Positions 29,793 to 41,562 are shown, counted from the first letter of the stretch. The stretch is 64,000 nucleotides of DNA from Selaginella moellendorffii (GCF_000143415.4 NW_003314264.1:4205229-4269228); one strand, 5' to 3'. Notes: generated by a model not told the origin, from the sequence alone. Program-made: numbers and translations.

Positions 29793-31244
29793 ATGGATGT
29801 GATTAGTAAGGCAAATTCTGAATCTCTTCAAGATTGCAATCAATCAAGCAGCAGTAAAGTTGTTCAATATGCCTTCCATGTGGTTCGGCCTGAGCAGGTT
29901 CCAGCACCTTCACCTCATTTTCTCTCAAGCATTGATCTTTGCTACAGCAAGCCAGAATTCTCCACACTTGTGCTCTTCTTCAAGGATTGCTTCTCGCCGG
30001 CCGCCGGAGCCAAGAGTCTTGTAGACAGCCTCAGGTCTTCACTTTCCAAGGTGCTAGTATTTTATCCTGTTCTCGCTGGAAGGCTCAGGGAAAACGAGAG
30101 TGGAAGGCTCGAGGTAAACATGAACGGTCAAGGCGTCCACTTTGTGGAGTCAAAGGTGGACTCGAGCTTCCAAGATTGGGAAGACATACGCCAGTGCCCA
30201 CTAGACATAGATTTATCACTCGACACCAGAGTTGTCAATCCCAGCGATGTTCCTCTTATCAAGTTCCAAGTGACGCAGTTTCACTGTGGGAGCATTGCCA
30301 TAGCAGTCCATTTCTTGCACATCATTTTGGACGGCTCCAGCCTCTACAACGTCCTCAACGCATGGGCTAAAGTTCACCGTGGCAGCACATTATTTTGTGA
30401 GAGCTTTGTAAGAGGACGGGAGCTCTTGGCTCGGGATCCTCCAAAGGTGGACGCACCGGTGCCTTTCATCATTGACGCTGCTGCACACGACAAGCAACTT
30501 GATGCAAGCAACATCGTGCCTTGCAATCTGGTGACACTTCGAATGGAGCAAGCCGCTATAGACACTTGCAAGCGAGAAGCTCAAACCGGCGCCTTTGCCT
30601 ACAACGGTGGAAAAGCTACAGGCTTTGAGGCCGTGTTGTCCCTGCTGTGGTCGTCCATGCTACGTGCACGGGGAGTTCCTCAACACCTTGACACGGCTCT
30701 CTTGTTCTCTATCAACCTGCGGGGCCAGAAGCTAGCACTCGTCCCTCAAAACTATTTCGGTAATGCCGTTGCCAATTGTCAGGTTCATGTGTCTCGAGCT
30801 GGCGACATAGTTGCTTCGGACTTATCGTATGCTGCGCACCTCATACACAAAGCGAAGATCTCCTGCAATAGAGCGTCGGTGCAGAGCATGCTGGACTGGC
30901 TGGAGCTGAATTCTGCTCATGTTCACAAGGAACTTCACTGGAGGCGGGGAATCACATCCACGAGCATCACCAATTTCCCCATGTATGGTCTCGATTTTGG
31001 GTGGCGAGGAGGAGCACTTTCCCAGCTTTGCTTTCTGCCCAGCAAAGTTCCACCACACATGCCATTTGTTGCAATGCTGCCCTCACCAAGACCCAAGTCA
31101 ATAGAGATTGTCATTGGGCTGCACCACCACGACAGAGAAGTGTTGCTACAAGACCATCTCTTCACACGTTATTTCTCAGCTTCAGAAATTAAGCTGTGGA
31201 CTGGAGATCACATATGTAGAGCATTGAGGAGAGTCCCAAAGTAG
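29793..31244 (+). CDS. BAHD acyl-CoA acyltransferase, intronless
   Basis: YPVLAGRL, QVTQFHCGS, catalytic HIILDG (HxxxD), NYFGNAV, DFGW(R)G. Confidence 0.92.
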   Translation: MDVISKANSESLQDCNQSSSSKVVQYAFHVVRPEQVPAPSPHFLSSIDLCYSKPEFSTLVLFFKDCFSPAAGAKSLVDSLRSSLSKVLVFYPVLAGRLRENESGRLEVNMNGQGVHFVESKVDSSFQDWEDIRQCPLDIDLSLDTRVVNPSDVPLIKFQVTQFHCGSIAIAVHFLHIILDGSSLYNVLNAWAKVHRGSTLFCESFVRGRELLARDPPKVDAPVPFIIDAAAHDKQLDASNIVPCNLVTLRMEQAAIDTCKREAQTGAFAYNGGKATGFEAVLSLLWSSMLRARGVPQHLDTALLFSINLRGQKLALVPQNYFGNAVANCQVHVSRAGDIVASDLSYAAHLIHKAKISCNRASVQSMLDWLELNSAHVHKELHWRRGITSTSITNFPMYGLDFGWRGGALSQLCFLPSKVPPHMPFVAMLPSPRPKSIEIVIGLHHHDREVLLQDHLFTRYFSASEIKLWTGDHICRALRRVPK

Positions 31245-32049
31245 TTGTTGGCTTTCACACAATTTGCTATTGCATTGCAACTTGGTGTTTCTTGCATTGA
31301 TTATGACTTATTTGCATCATATTTTTTAAGTAATAAGAAATTAAATCTTAACAAGATTCCCTTTGTTACATTTTGTTGAGAACAAAAATCCATGCATGAG
31401 ATCTCTTTGCGTGCGGGCAATGTAACTCTCCTCCCCACGCTACATAGGTGTTGTTCTTGCATTCAGTGTAGACTTGCAGTCAAAGCATTGCATCAGATTG
31501 TTAGCCAAGGTCAACCCTTACCTTAATGAAATGATTTGTGCAAATAAAATTATACTTAACTTAATTATTTAAGTATTTTCTTTCTCTCCATTGGTGTTCG
31601 CAAAGTTCGATGCAAAAAAATCTTTTGTCACTCTTTGATCACTCCAATTATACTTGATGAGATCCTATTTTCGCAAGACCTCTACTACTACTACTACTTT
31701 TTGCAGCGATGGATTGACCACCACCTTGACCCCTGATCTGTAGATAAACCCTAAACCTAGCCATGTGACCTGATGATGTGGCAACAAAGCTGAGCTGTAA
31801 TTCCATACGTGGCATTGAGCTGGAGTTCATCAAGAAGTCTTTTTTATACTTTTACCTGAAAATACGTGTATTTTGCCAATGCCGTACACGTAGGTTTGGA
31901 GGTGTTAATTACCAACAACAAATTGATTGCTATAAATATTACATATCTATGATTTTTCATAATTAGATCACTTATTTCCATCCCTGCTTATGTCAATAGG
32001 TTGAGCTTCTGCTAGGTCTTTCTAGGATTCATCAATTGTCCATGTAAGA

Positions 32050-32996
32050 NNNNNNNNNNNNNNNNNNNNNNNNNNNNNNNNNNNNNNNNNNNNNNNNNNN
32101 NNNNNNNNNNNNNNNNNNNNNNNNNNNNNNNNNNNNNNNNNNNNNNNNNNNNNNNNNNNNNNNNNNNNNNNNNNNNNNNNNNNNNNNNNNNNNNNNNNNN
32201 NNNNNNNNNNNNNNNNNNNNNNNNNNNNNNNNNNNNNNNNNNNNNNNNNNNNNNNNNNNNNNNNNNNNNNNNNNNNNNNNNNNNNNNNNNNNNNNNNNNN
32301 NNNNNNNNNNNNNNNNNNNNNNNNNNNNNNNNNNNNNNNNNNNNNNNNNNNNNNNNNNNNNNNNNNNNNNNNNNNNNNNNNNNNNNNNNNNNNNNNNNNN
32401 NNNNNNNNNNNNNNNNNNNNNNNNNNNNNNNNNNNNNNNNNNNNNNNNNNNNNNNNNNNNNNNNNNNNNNNNNNNNNNNNNNNNNNNNNNNNNNNNNNNN
32501 NNNNNNNNNNNNNNNNNNNNNNNNNNNNNNNNNNNNNNNNNNNNNNNNNNNNNNNNNNNNNNNNNNNNNNNNNNNNNNNNNNNNNNNNNNNNNNNNNNNN
32601 NNNNNNNNNNNNNNNNNNNNNNNNNNNNNNNNNNNNNNNNNNNNNNNNNNNNNNNNNNNNNNNNNNNNNNNNNNNNNNNNNNNNNNNNNNNNNNNNNNNN
32701 NNNNNNNNNNNNNNNNNNNNNNNNNNNNNNNNNNNNNNNNNNNNNNNNNNNNNNNNNNNNNNNNNNNNNNNNNNNNNNNNNNNNNNNNNNNNNNNNNNNN
32801 NNNNNNNNNNNNNNNNNNNNNNNNNNNNNNNNNNNNNNNNNNNNNNNNNNNNNNNNNNNNNNNNNNNNNNNNNNNNNNNNNNNNNNNNNNNNNNNNNNNN
32901 NNNNNNNNNNNNNNNNNNNNNNNNNNNNNNNNNNNNNNNNNNNNNNNNNNNNNNNNNNNNNNNNNNNNNNNNNNNNNNNNNNNNNNNNNNNNNNNT
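32050..32996. other. Assembly gap (run of N)
   Basis: About 950 consecutive n characters. Confidence 0.99.
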
Positions 32997-33236
32997 TATT
33001 GATGTGCCGCAAGGAAAGAAAACATCGGGAAGAACTCCTTGATTTGTTTCACTACATGCAAAGTCTTCTACACTTTCTTTCTTTCCAGCACATCACCAAG
33101 TTTCAGCTTGATATATGTTAGATCAAATCAAGATTGAGAGCAACCCCATTCTAAGGGAGGGATGGAAATGAGTGGGACGACCATAACTTAAGCGAGATGC
33201 ACCACCTCCAACTTCAAGATTGAAAAGAGACAAAGC

Positions 33237-34396
33237 TTAATACCTCACAGTCTTAATGGCTGCTTTGCCATCTAGTTTTGAAGCGTAGAAAGATTGAAGG
33301 TATTTTCCATAGGCGCTTTCTTTGAAGCAAGCAGGCGCGTCGTCAGTGACCAGCTGCGCCATCGGAGCAATATGGCTATCTTCCGCTGGCCCATAGAACG
33401 AAGCAATGGAGACTCGAGTTCGCTCCGAGTTGACAACTACTCGGTGCTCCACGCTCTTGTACACGTCATTGGAAAGAATCTGATGAATAACACAAAATCA
33501 AAACCTGCAAATCTCATGCATGCACGACGATGACGATCAAAGGGAAGCTTACCTGAAGTTGATCTCCAATGTTGACAACAAAGGCGCCAGGCAGAGGTTT
33601 GATCGGCACCCACGCTCCACAGTGTAGAATCTGGAGGCCATCTTTCACCCTGGTGTCCTGCTGGAGTATAGTGAAACCGTTTGGATCCGCGTGAGCGTCC
33701 AGTCCGATTGTAAGCTCCGGCTCCGGACAAGGTGGATAGTAGTTCATCCTCATCGTATGCCTCTCCCCTCCAAAAGCTTCCTCCAGAGCACCACTTTCCA
33801 GTCCCAGTGACTCCGAGAACAATCCAAGCACTCTTTTCGACAACCGGTTCATGGCTTCTGCGTAAGCGGTCGAGATCTTCACGTAGGATGGAGGCTTAGT
33901 CGGGAGCTGGGCGATCTCGCAGGGAGGATAGCACGCCTGGTGGAGAAAGTCTTGCCACATTCGTCGCGTCTCCTTGGACGGGATGAAACTCGTCCCCATC
34001 CGAAACTTTGAGGAGCTATCCTCGGAGTAGTACACGGACCTATCCTCGATGGGAAGGCGGAAGAAGTCGTGGACGAGCTCCATCATGCTCGCCATGAGTT
34101 CTTCTGGAAAACCATGGCCGACAATCTGGAAGAACAAAGTGGAATTTCAATCAATGGTGAGCGATCTCGTGTACCTGGAAGAAGCCCCAGTCTCTAGACG
34201 CGCTCCGGATGGAGTCAATCGCCAATATCCGAGCAGGGGAGCACTTCTCCACATCGGACAGATCGATCACAGGAATTTCTTCGATCTCCACGCACTGCCG
34301 TGGATCTGAATCCCTGCGGTACTCACCGGGCACCATGGCGATCCCAGCATCCGCCAGTCCCTTCACTCCAGCGATCCTAGACGCCACTGCCGCCAT
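33237..34396 (-). CDS. 2-oxoglutarate/Fe(II)-dependent dioxygenase (DOXC class; DMR6/FNS I-like), 3 exons
   Basis: IPVIDL..WGFFQ(intron)IVGHG, MRMNYYPPCPEPELTIGLDAHADP (HxD), VVNIGDQLQ, YKSVEHR, RVSIASF (RxS). Confidence 0.92.
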
Positions 34397-34424
34397 TCTT
34401 GAATCTCGAGCCGCGCCACAGTGA

Positions 34425-36581
34425 TCACCTAATAGACACGGAAGCCGTCCAAGAAATATCATCCGGAGAGAAGGGCATGGCGAGGAGGAGGTCTTTGGCT
34501 TGATTCGATCGCCCCGCGCGACCCAGAAGATCTATCAGGCAGCCGTAGTGCTCGGCTCCCGGATCCACGCCAAAATCCTGCCGCATCGACGTGAAGCAGC
34601 TCCATCCGGTGTCGAGAAGCCCTCCATGGCTGCATGCGAAGAGAATCCCTGCGAATGCGTAGGAATCCGGGGCCAGGCCTTCTTGGATCATTCCCAAGAA
34701 CAGCTCCACGGCCTCGTTGCTGCTCCCTTGCTGCGCAGTGGCAGCGATCGCGATCGTCCAGGACACTGCGGAGCGGTTCTTCAAGCCCTGGAAGACGCGC
34801 TTGGCCTCGCCTGGGCTGCCGCACCGCACAAACATGCTCATCACGCTGTTCATCACCACTGCGTCGCTGCTCCACTCGCTCGCGGCGATTCGCGAGTGGA
34901 GATCCCTGCCCTGGACGATCCATCCCAGTCCCGCGCAAGCGTGGAGAGCGTTCACGTATGTCACATTGTCTGGACGCACGGACGAGTCTTTCTTAACCAT
35001 ACAATCGTACAAGTCAAGGGCTTCTGTGAAATACCCGTTTTGGGCAAATGCTGCAATAGTAGCGTTCCAAGTGATCACATTTCTAAATTTTAATGAATCA
35101 AAAACTTTCTTTGCTTCGACTGCTTGCTGGCATTTTGCATACATGTTGATCATCGCATTACTCACTCCAGTCTCGAGAAATCGATGAGACAAGCTGGCAA
35201 ATCTCGCAATGATCTCGGCATGGATTTGTTTGCCGTCTTGCAGGGATCCTAGCAATGCACAAGCACCGAGGGCGCTCATGAAACTGCTCGAATTTCTTTG
35301 AATGTCCATCTTCTTGTAGAGATCGATGGCCTCTCTGCAATGCCCGGTGTGGGCAAGCGCGGAGATCATAGCGTTCCAAGTCACAACATCGCGTACGTGC
35401 ATTTGATTAAAAACACGCTTTGCTTCCTTGATTCTGCCACACTTTCCATACATGTTGACGATAGAGGTTCCAGCGACAACATTACGCTCCCAGCCACACG
35501 AGCAAATACGCTCGTGGATCTTTATACCCTGTGCTATATCCTGCTTCCAAGAACACACTGCCAGGATCTCAATCAGCGTCACCATATCCGGCCTGATCCC
35601 TTCCAGATCCAACTTCCACAGCAGAGCAATCGCAGCTCCAAACTGCCCATTATGGGCATTTGCGGCAATCGCAGTGTTCCAGGCAGCCAACTTTTTCTCC
35701 TCCATCCTATCAAACACTTCCATTGCCAGATCCAAGCGGCCAAGCTTCCCGTACATGTTGACGATCGCAGCAGCGACATCCGGATGCGCGTCCAGTCCCG
35801 ATTCGAGAATGTGCCCGTGGATCACTTTGCCCTCCTTCAAGGATCCCAGCTTGGCGGCGGCATCAAGAACGCTGATGAAAACGTACTCGTCCGCGCCAAT
35901 GCCGGCATCCCGGAGCTGGCGATAGAGCTCGATCGCAGCGGGGAGCCCGCCCTGATCGGGATTTCTGGTGCAAGCAGCCAGCATCGCGCTCCAGGCGACT
36001 ATCGTCTTGCGCGGCATGTCATCGAAGACCTTCCGCGCGTCGGCCAGGCTGCCGCATTTCCCATACATGGTTACGAGGGCGCAGCACACGACTGGATTGC
36101 TCGCGATCGCGGGTGGCGCGGCGACGATCTGGGCGTGGATCCGGATGCCCGACTGGAGATCGCGGCAATTGGCGCAGGCGGCGAGCGCGGCGACGAACGA
36201 GACGTGGGTGGGGCGGACGACTGAATCGCTGGCGAGGGCGAGGAAGAGATGAATCGCTCGCGCGCTCTCGCCGTTTGCGCAGAGCGCCGAGATCATGATG
36301 TTCCAGGAGAAGGCGTTCTTGTGGACAAGATCGTGGAAGACGGACCATGCGTCCGGGAGGCTGGAGCACTTGCCATACATGAGGATGAGGAGATTGCTGA
36401 ACAAGGGGTGGTGGCGTAGGTCGAGGGTGGCGGCCAGGCGGCGGTGCAAGAGCTTCCCTCGCGGGAGGGACTTGGAATCACCACATTGGCGCAGAAGAGT
36501 CGCGATTTGGCGATGGCCGAGCGTGGAGATGCCTGCAGGAGGCACCGCGACCACGCCTCTTGCTACTTCGCTGGATGTCAT
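34425..36581 (-). CDS. PLS-class PPR protein ending at the start of the E domain
   Basis: Repeated MYGKCG..FD..SWN PLS motifs; ends HYGCLIDLLGRAG..MPFSPDDISWT then stops. Confidence 0.92.
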   Translation of the reverse strand: MTSSEVARGVVAVPPAGISTLGHRQIATLLRQCGDSKSLPRGKLLHRRLAATLDLRHHPLFSNLLILMYGKCSSLPDAWSVFHDLVHKNAFSWNIMISALCANGESARAIHLFLALASDSVVRPTHVSFVAALAACANCRDLQSGIRIHAQIVAAPPAIASNPVVCCALVTMYGKCGSLADARKVFDDMPRKTIVAWSAMLAACTRNPDQGGLPAAIELYRQLRDAGIGADEYVFISVLDAAAKLGSLKEGKVIHGHILESGLDAHPDVAAAIVNMYGKLGRLDLAMEVFDRMEEKKLAAWNTAIAANAHNGQFGAAIALLWKLDLEGIRPDMVTLIEILAVCSWKQDIAQGIKIHERICSCGWERNVVAGTSIVNMYGKCGRIKEAKRVFNQMHVRDVVTWNAMISALAHTGHCREAIDLYKKMDIQRNSSSFMSALGACALLGSLQDGKQIHAEIIARFASLSHRFLETGVSNAMINMYAKCQQAVEAKKVFDSLKFRNVITWNATIAAFAQNGYFTEALDLYDCMVKKDSSVRPDNVTYVNALHACAGLGWIVQGRDLHSRIAASEWSSDAVVMNSVMSMFVRCGSPGEAKRVFQGLKNRSAVSWTIAIAATAQQGSSNEAVELFLGMIQEGLAPDSYAFAGILFACSHGGLLDTGWSCFTSMRQDFGVDPGAEHYGCLIDLLGRAGRSNQAKDLLLAMPFSPDDISWTASVSIR

Positions 36582-36592
36582 GGCAAAGACAC

Positions 36593-36628
36593 ACTCACTC
36601 ACTCTCTCTCTCTCTCTCTCTCTCTCTC
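36593..36628. repeat. (CT)n microsatellite immediately upstream of the PPR start codon
   Basis: ctcactcactctctctctctctctctctctctc. Confidence 0.9.
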
Positions 36629-38689
36629 AACATGATCCTGTGAAAACCTTCATATGGGTCATCACATTTTTTGTCAATTGCTTCACAGAGGCACAAAACA
36701 ACAGACATAAAGGGACTCAGAAGCAAGCACTGTCTTCTAAGCATCTTGTTCCCCGGCATCAAATGTTGGATGAGTGATGTCCTTTTTGAAGTCTCGCTTG
36801 TTGTTTGAGGTTGGCACGTGCTCCTATTGGTGTTCATGGGGTGTTGCAAAGCTGTGGGCTCTCAATGTAAGCGGGCAGCATCCCCATCCTCCAGTGTGGC
36901 TGTGAGAGGTTTGGGCTTATTGTGCCCTGTTGAAAAGTTTGCCAAAGACCTTTTACATATCCAAATTCTGGTTGGAAGTGATCCAGATGATCTTCTAAGG
37001 TCATATGTACTTCTTGCATGTGCAAAAAGATCTTGTTCCAAAGATCTCAGTCTGCATTGACATGTACCAAATCACAGTGGTTGAAGTTTGGGTGTGTGGT
37101 ATCATGGTCATTGTGTCTCTTAAAAGTGTGTAGAAAATGTAAGTACGATAGCACTATTAATCCCTACTTATAAATGATTACTTTTTGGGATGTCTAGATT
37201 CCTTTATTTTTCCTTGTTAATTTTAATAAGTGTATTTTGATACCAGCAAGAGGAAAACTAACAGAAATTCACTTAGGATGTTAATTTTTATTACTATTGT
37301 AATTCTTGAAGTGTATGGAAAAAGCTTATAAATAACAAAAATGTTACAAGAAAATTGTGCTTTCTTACCACTTCATAACCTTCTTCATTGGGCTTCTTCT
37401 CCTCTTTAACAACAACAAACCCCAAGGATGCCAACAATTAGTGCTTTATATGATTTGCCAGTGTGGGAGATATATATATATATAAAGGAATTGAGCTTCT
37501 AGACTAGTGAGATCTACTTTCTTTCAATATGCTCTACATATAAATAGTTATTCTAGATTTATATACTCTAGTTTGTGTTGAACTTTATGAAGGAAAAAAC
37601 AGTAGGAAAAAAAAAAGCTGAAAGAGGTACTCTTAGTCCAATTTGCATTAGGTATGTGATACTCTTTGTCCAATCTGTGTCAAGAAGTGTGATGCAAATA
37701 CTTCAAAAAGGAAAGAGACCATGATTTTCAACCATTACTAAAGTTTTCCATATGAAGGACCATAGAGGATACAGATTTCATAAAACGGAACTTTTTATAA
37801 ATGAAGTTCTCAATAATTTTATTTCAGTGTGGTATTCATTTTCTTTCCCAGCAATTTGATGTGTTTTGTGGCTTGAAATAGGGAGGAGTAAATAAATCAG
37901 CATTACAACATAATTTGGTAAGCCAATCATAAATTTGAAGGACTTGTTGATTTGTCTAAACTCTTGTTCTTCATAGGGCTAATCAACAAAACAAAGGCTA
38001 ATCAGGGTTGATTGCAAGCTTTGACAAGAAGAAGAAGACTGCTCATAACATACATTAACTTAACCCATCGAGTACAAGTCATGCAACATTTAGGTTAGAG
38101 ATGAAATTTTTATAATTCATGAAAAGACAATTGGACTTTAGGCTAAGAGGCTTGTAATCACGTAATTTAGATTTTGAACTTAATATTTCATTGATGCATT
38201 CACAGTAGGAGACAAGGCTGCATTTATCGGATTCAGTAATACACATCGTTTGAACTTTGTTAGAAGATAAGAGTTAGTACTTACAATATCAAATACATAT
38301 AGAGCAATCCATGGAACTTTGCACAGTGCATAGTTGTTGCATCAAGCTGCCAAACAAATCTCAGAGTAGGAACATCTACCATCATTGATGGGAATGCTCC
38401 AAGGCAGCCCAATGTTGTGATATTTGAATATGTAACACTGCAAGGTCTTGATCCTCATCCAAACATACCAACTGTTTCACTCGTTGTGTAATGGAAGTGA
38501 CTGACATTGATGTATATGGATCAGCTTCCTCTATGTTGGCAAGCACAGCTCAATCAGCAACACTGTCTCAAGGCCATATATGAAATGAAAGTGTGTAAAA
38601 GCTGTTTGCAGCTTCTCTGTTGTTTGATATGACCAAAGGGCATGAGGCCAGGTATTTCGAAAAGTTCATCCTCGAGGAAACCGTTTGCT

Positions 38690-38751
38690 ACCCTCTGAGC
38701 GAATACCACTTCAACTTGAGCAACATCCACAGTGGCGACACTCCGCAAACC
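38690..38751 (-). pseudogene. Duplicated ~60-bp fragment of the 3' end of the NDUFAF6 gene
   Basis: ctgagcgaataccacttcaacttgagcaacatccacagtggcgacactccgcaaacc vs ctgagcgaatgccacttcaacttgagcaacatccacagcggcgacaccccgcaaacc at ~40694-40750. Confidence 0.88.
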
Positions 38752-38789
38752 AATTCCAGGACCCAGTTATTGAATATATAGCAATTACC

Positions 38790-39260
38790 TTGTTGTGGAA
38801 TCTCAACACGCTGAACTCCATGTCCGGTCTGCTGCCACTCTTCTTGGCCCCGCTCATCCACCTCGGCTTCACGGGGCCGATCCCTTCGCTGCCAGGAACT
38901 CTGGAGTATCTATTGCTGGCCAAGAACTGCCTCACTGGGACAATCCAGGGGATGGCCACCCTGCACCGCCCGGCGCTTCTCGACCTGAGGCTCACCAGAG
39001 ATTTTCAGCTTCCGGAACGGCAACCTCCTCCTCCAGCAGAACCAGCTCTCGGGGCCGGTCCAGGTTCTGGGGTCCCTGAGGCATGCAACACGTCCCAGCA
39101 ATGGTCAGGGTGGTACCGCAGGAGTTTGTGGAGCACAACTACATCCCAAACATCAACCTGGCATACCATCCCGCTGCCAACGACATGCACATTTTGCATC
39201 CAGTACAATTGCCTCGGCCCGCCGCAGCAGTCGTCGACGTCGGGAGACAAAGGCCGAGTT
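38790..39260 (+). pseudogene. Decayed extracellular LRR protein fragment
   Basis: LNTLNSMSGLLP, FTGPIPSLPGTLEYLLLAKNCLTGTI and CIQYNCLGPP resemble plant LRR repeats and a C-terminal cap; repeats are truncated or frameshifted. Confidence 0.6.
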
Positions 39261-40396
39261 TACGTTAGAAACAGGCTATTTTTATAAAGATGGTAGTCAA
39301 TAAATACCTGGAATTAAATTAAGAAGCCCTATTCTTGTTTAAGGTTTTTGTCAGAGGATGCCTGCTTGTATTTGTTCGCCCACGACCCACAAGGGATCTT
39401 TCCGGTGTAAGTTACATCGCCAGTATGACACTACATGGATTAGGCAGAGTACCAGTGACAACACAGGGGACACCAAGGTGGACAACAAGAATGGCGCTGC
39501 CAGTCTCAAAGGGTCAACCAAGGAGTTTCAATCGTGAATAATTTGCTATTTGGTAAACTTTGTTAATGAGTTTCCTGTCCAGAGTTTTGGACAATAAAAC
39601 ATTTTGGTTTTATCAATTATAATTATACTTTTGTCCTTTTTTTTAGATCATAAATCCCTTTTCTTTCTCCCTTTGTGACAAGCGACTGAAGATATTTCGA
39701 GAGAAGAGGTTAAAAGAAGAGTAGAGCAAAAGAGTTGGGATTCCTTGACTGACCAGATTTCCGTGTCCAACAGAGCAAAATCCATTGACTCCGTCAACGA
39801 TGACGAGCCCAATTTGTTGGTCCTTCGTGCAGGAAGATGATACGTCTACCTTTGAGTCTGACTGAGATTTGCAGGATCTCGCGCACCATATGGGATTTTA
39901 TTTCGCCGCCGCGCGCGGCGAAGATCATCGACAGCGTCCCCACCCAAATGACGCAAAGAAACGTTGGAACGTTTCTTTCCTCCTCAAGAAAAAGGGAATA
40001 GGACCACATATTTAGAAGAAGATAGATTTCCCGGCGCTGGACAAATTTCCTATCATGCCACTAGTTATTCCCTCGTTCAGGTAACTTAAATTTATTGTAT
40101 TTTGTGGGTATTTCTCAGATATCTATGTAGGCAATCAGGAATGGTGTCAGTAAGTTTATCTTTATGACAAAAGCGATTTCTAAACTCTCAGTATTCGCAC
40201 CTGTGACAACTAGATAACCTTTTCCTAGTTTTCTTCTCGTTTTTTCTTGACAATTATTTGAGAAACTCGCTAAGCTTTTTTTCTTTTCCTCTCTTGCAGC
40301 ATTTCTTCAACTATTGAATCTTATGACCAGCTACTGTTGCTCTGATGAGCAAGCGACGCACCAACTGAATCCCTTATAATCGAAATTTAAACACAG

Positions 40397-40625
40397 TTTG
40401 TATGGCAAAGACCAATGCCGAGTGTGTGCTGAACGTGCTCAAGGAGATGCAACCAGAGCACGCCAAAGTTCTTCGCTGGTCACTGGATCCCCGACTTGGC
40501 AGCCAGGGAGCTAGTCCTTGGCAACGTTGTGGAGCTCAGAGTTGGCGACAAGGTACCAGCGGACATGAGGATCGCAGTTCCAAGGACTTCGACTCTTAAA
40601 GTGGAGCAAAGCTCGGTGATCAAGA
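40397..40625 (+). pseudogene. Frameshifted fragment of an ER-type Ca2+-ATPase (ECA, P-type IIA) actuator region
   Basis: Joining frames gives TNAE..LKEMQPEHAKVLR..WIPDLAARELVLGNVVELRVGDKVPADMRIA..TSTLKVEQSS, the ECA/SERCA signature. No other ECA exons are visible nearby. Confidence 0.82.
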
Positions 40626-40680
40626 GCACACGGTAGAGAAAAGTATAAGGTTTTCTCGAAAACCAAGAGCAAAAAGAGAA

Positions 40681-41562
40681 TCAATAGGACCCCCTGAGCG
40701 AATGCCACTTCAACTTGAGCAACATCCACAGCGGCGACACCCCGCAAACCCCCCGCCGCAACCTGGGATCAAACGGATCAAAGCCCGACCTCATGAGCGT
40801 CGCTAGAAACTCGTCCGTGGCAACCGCCGGCAGCATCACCGGCGAGGCCTCCCTGGGCACGTCCTTGGCCAGCGCCCGAGCCTTCTCCAGATGCGCGTGA
40901 GCCACCGACGCCACCTCAAACACCGCGCGCGCAACGCCCTCGTCCCCGCGCACCCCACGATACAAATCCTCCTGCGACACACCGTGCTTCACCGCCACCT
41001 CCACCGGGATGTAGCAAACCCGCTTGGCGCTGTGGTGCGCGGTGGCCTCGAGCAGCAGCGAGATCCCCGCGGCCTTGCCCGTGTGCGAGGCCGCGTGATC
41101 CGCCTTGGTGCTCCTCACCCCGGCGGCCTCGAGCGTGAGGTAGAGCAGCGCCGACGCGGTGCTCTCGGCGTAGCGCTCGATCTCCCCGACGTCCCTGGGC
41201 GGCGCCGAGAGCTCCGCGTCGGCGACCCTGGCGTCGATGATCCGCGAGAACCAGTGCTTGCTCAGCCGGCGCTCGCGGTTGACATGATCCAGCATGGAGA
41301 GCACCGGGTGCTCGGGCGTGGCCGCGGCGCGCGAGAAGAGCTTGTCGATGGAGTCCTTCCACCAGGCGAGGCGCAGCGTGGCGAGGCTGGGGTCGCGGGC
41401 GGTGTCCTTGGCGGTGGCCGTCTCCACGTTGAATGCGCGCAGCGCGAAGGCGGCATCGCGGAGGCCACCAGATCGCGGGAGCTGGAGCAAGCACAGGTAG
41501 TTCTTGTAGTCATACCGCCGGACCTGGTTCACGCAGTAGTTGAGCGCGCTCGCCCTGCTCAT
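40681..41562 (-). CDS. NDUFAF6: NADH dehydrogenase complex I assembly factor 6 (phytoene/squalene synthase-like fold), intronless, GC-rich
   Basis: YCVNQVRRYDYKNYLCLL, ALRAFNVET, RLAWWKD, ERYAESTASALLYL, ADHAASHTGKA. Confidence 0.88.
   Translation of the reverse strand: MSRASALNYCVNQVRRYDYKNYLCLLQLPRSGGLRDAAFALRAFNVETATAKDTARDPSLATLRLAWWKDSIDKLFSRAAATPEHPVLSMLDHVNRERRLSKHWFSRIIDARVADAELSAPPRDVGEIERYAESTASALLYLTLEAAGVRSTKADHAASHTGKAAGISLLLEATAHHSAKRVCYIPVEVAVKHGVSQEDLYRGVRGDEGVARAVFEVASVAHAHLEKARALAKDVPREASPVMLPAVATDEFLATLMRSGFDPFDPRLRRGVCGVSPLWMLLKLKWHSLRGSY

Noticed and set aside
32032-33012. 326 aa ORF
   Set aside because: Artefact of the N gap.
36640-37070. Coding-like CpG-poor stretch with short ORFs (similar stretches at 50650-51120 and 55900-56240)
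   Set aside because: Probably decayed gene fragments, but they cannot be identified without a search.
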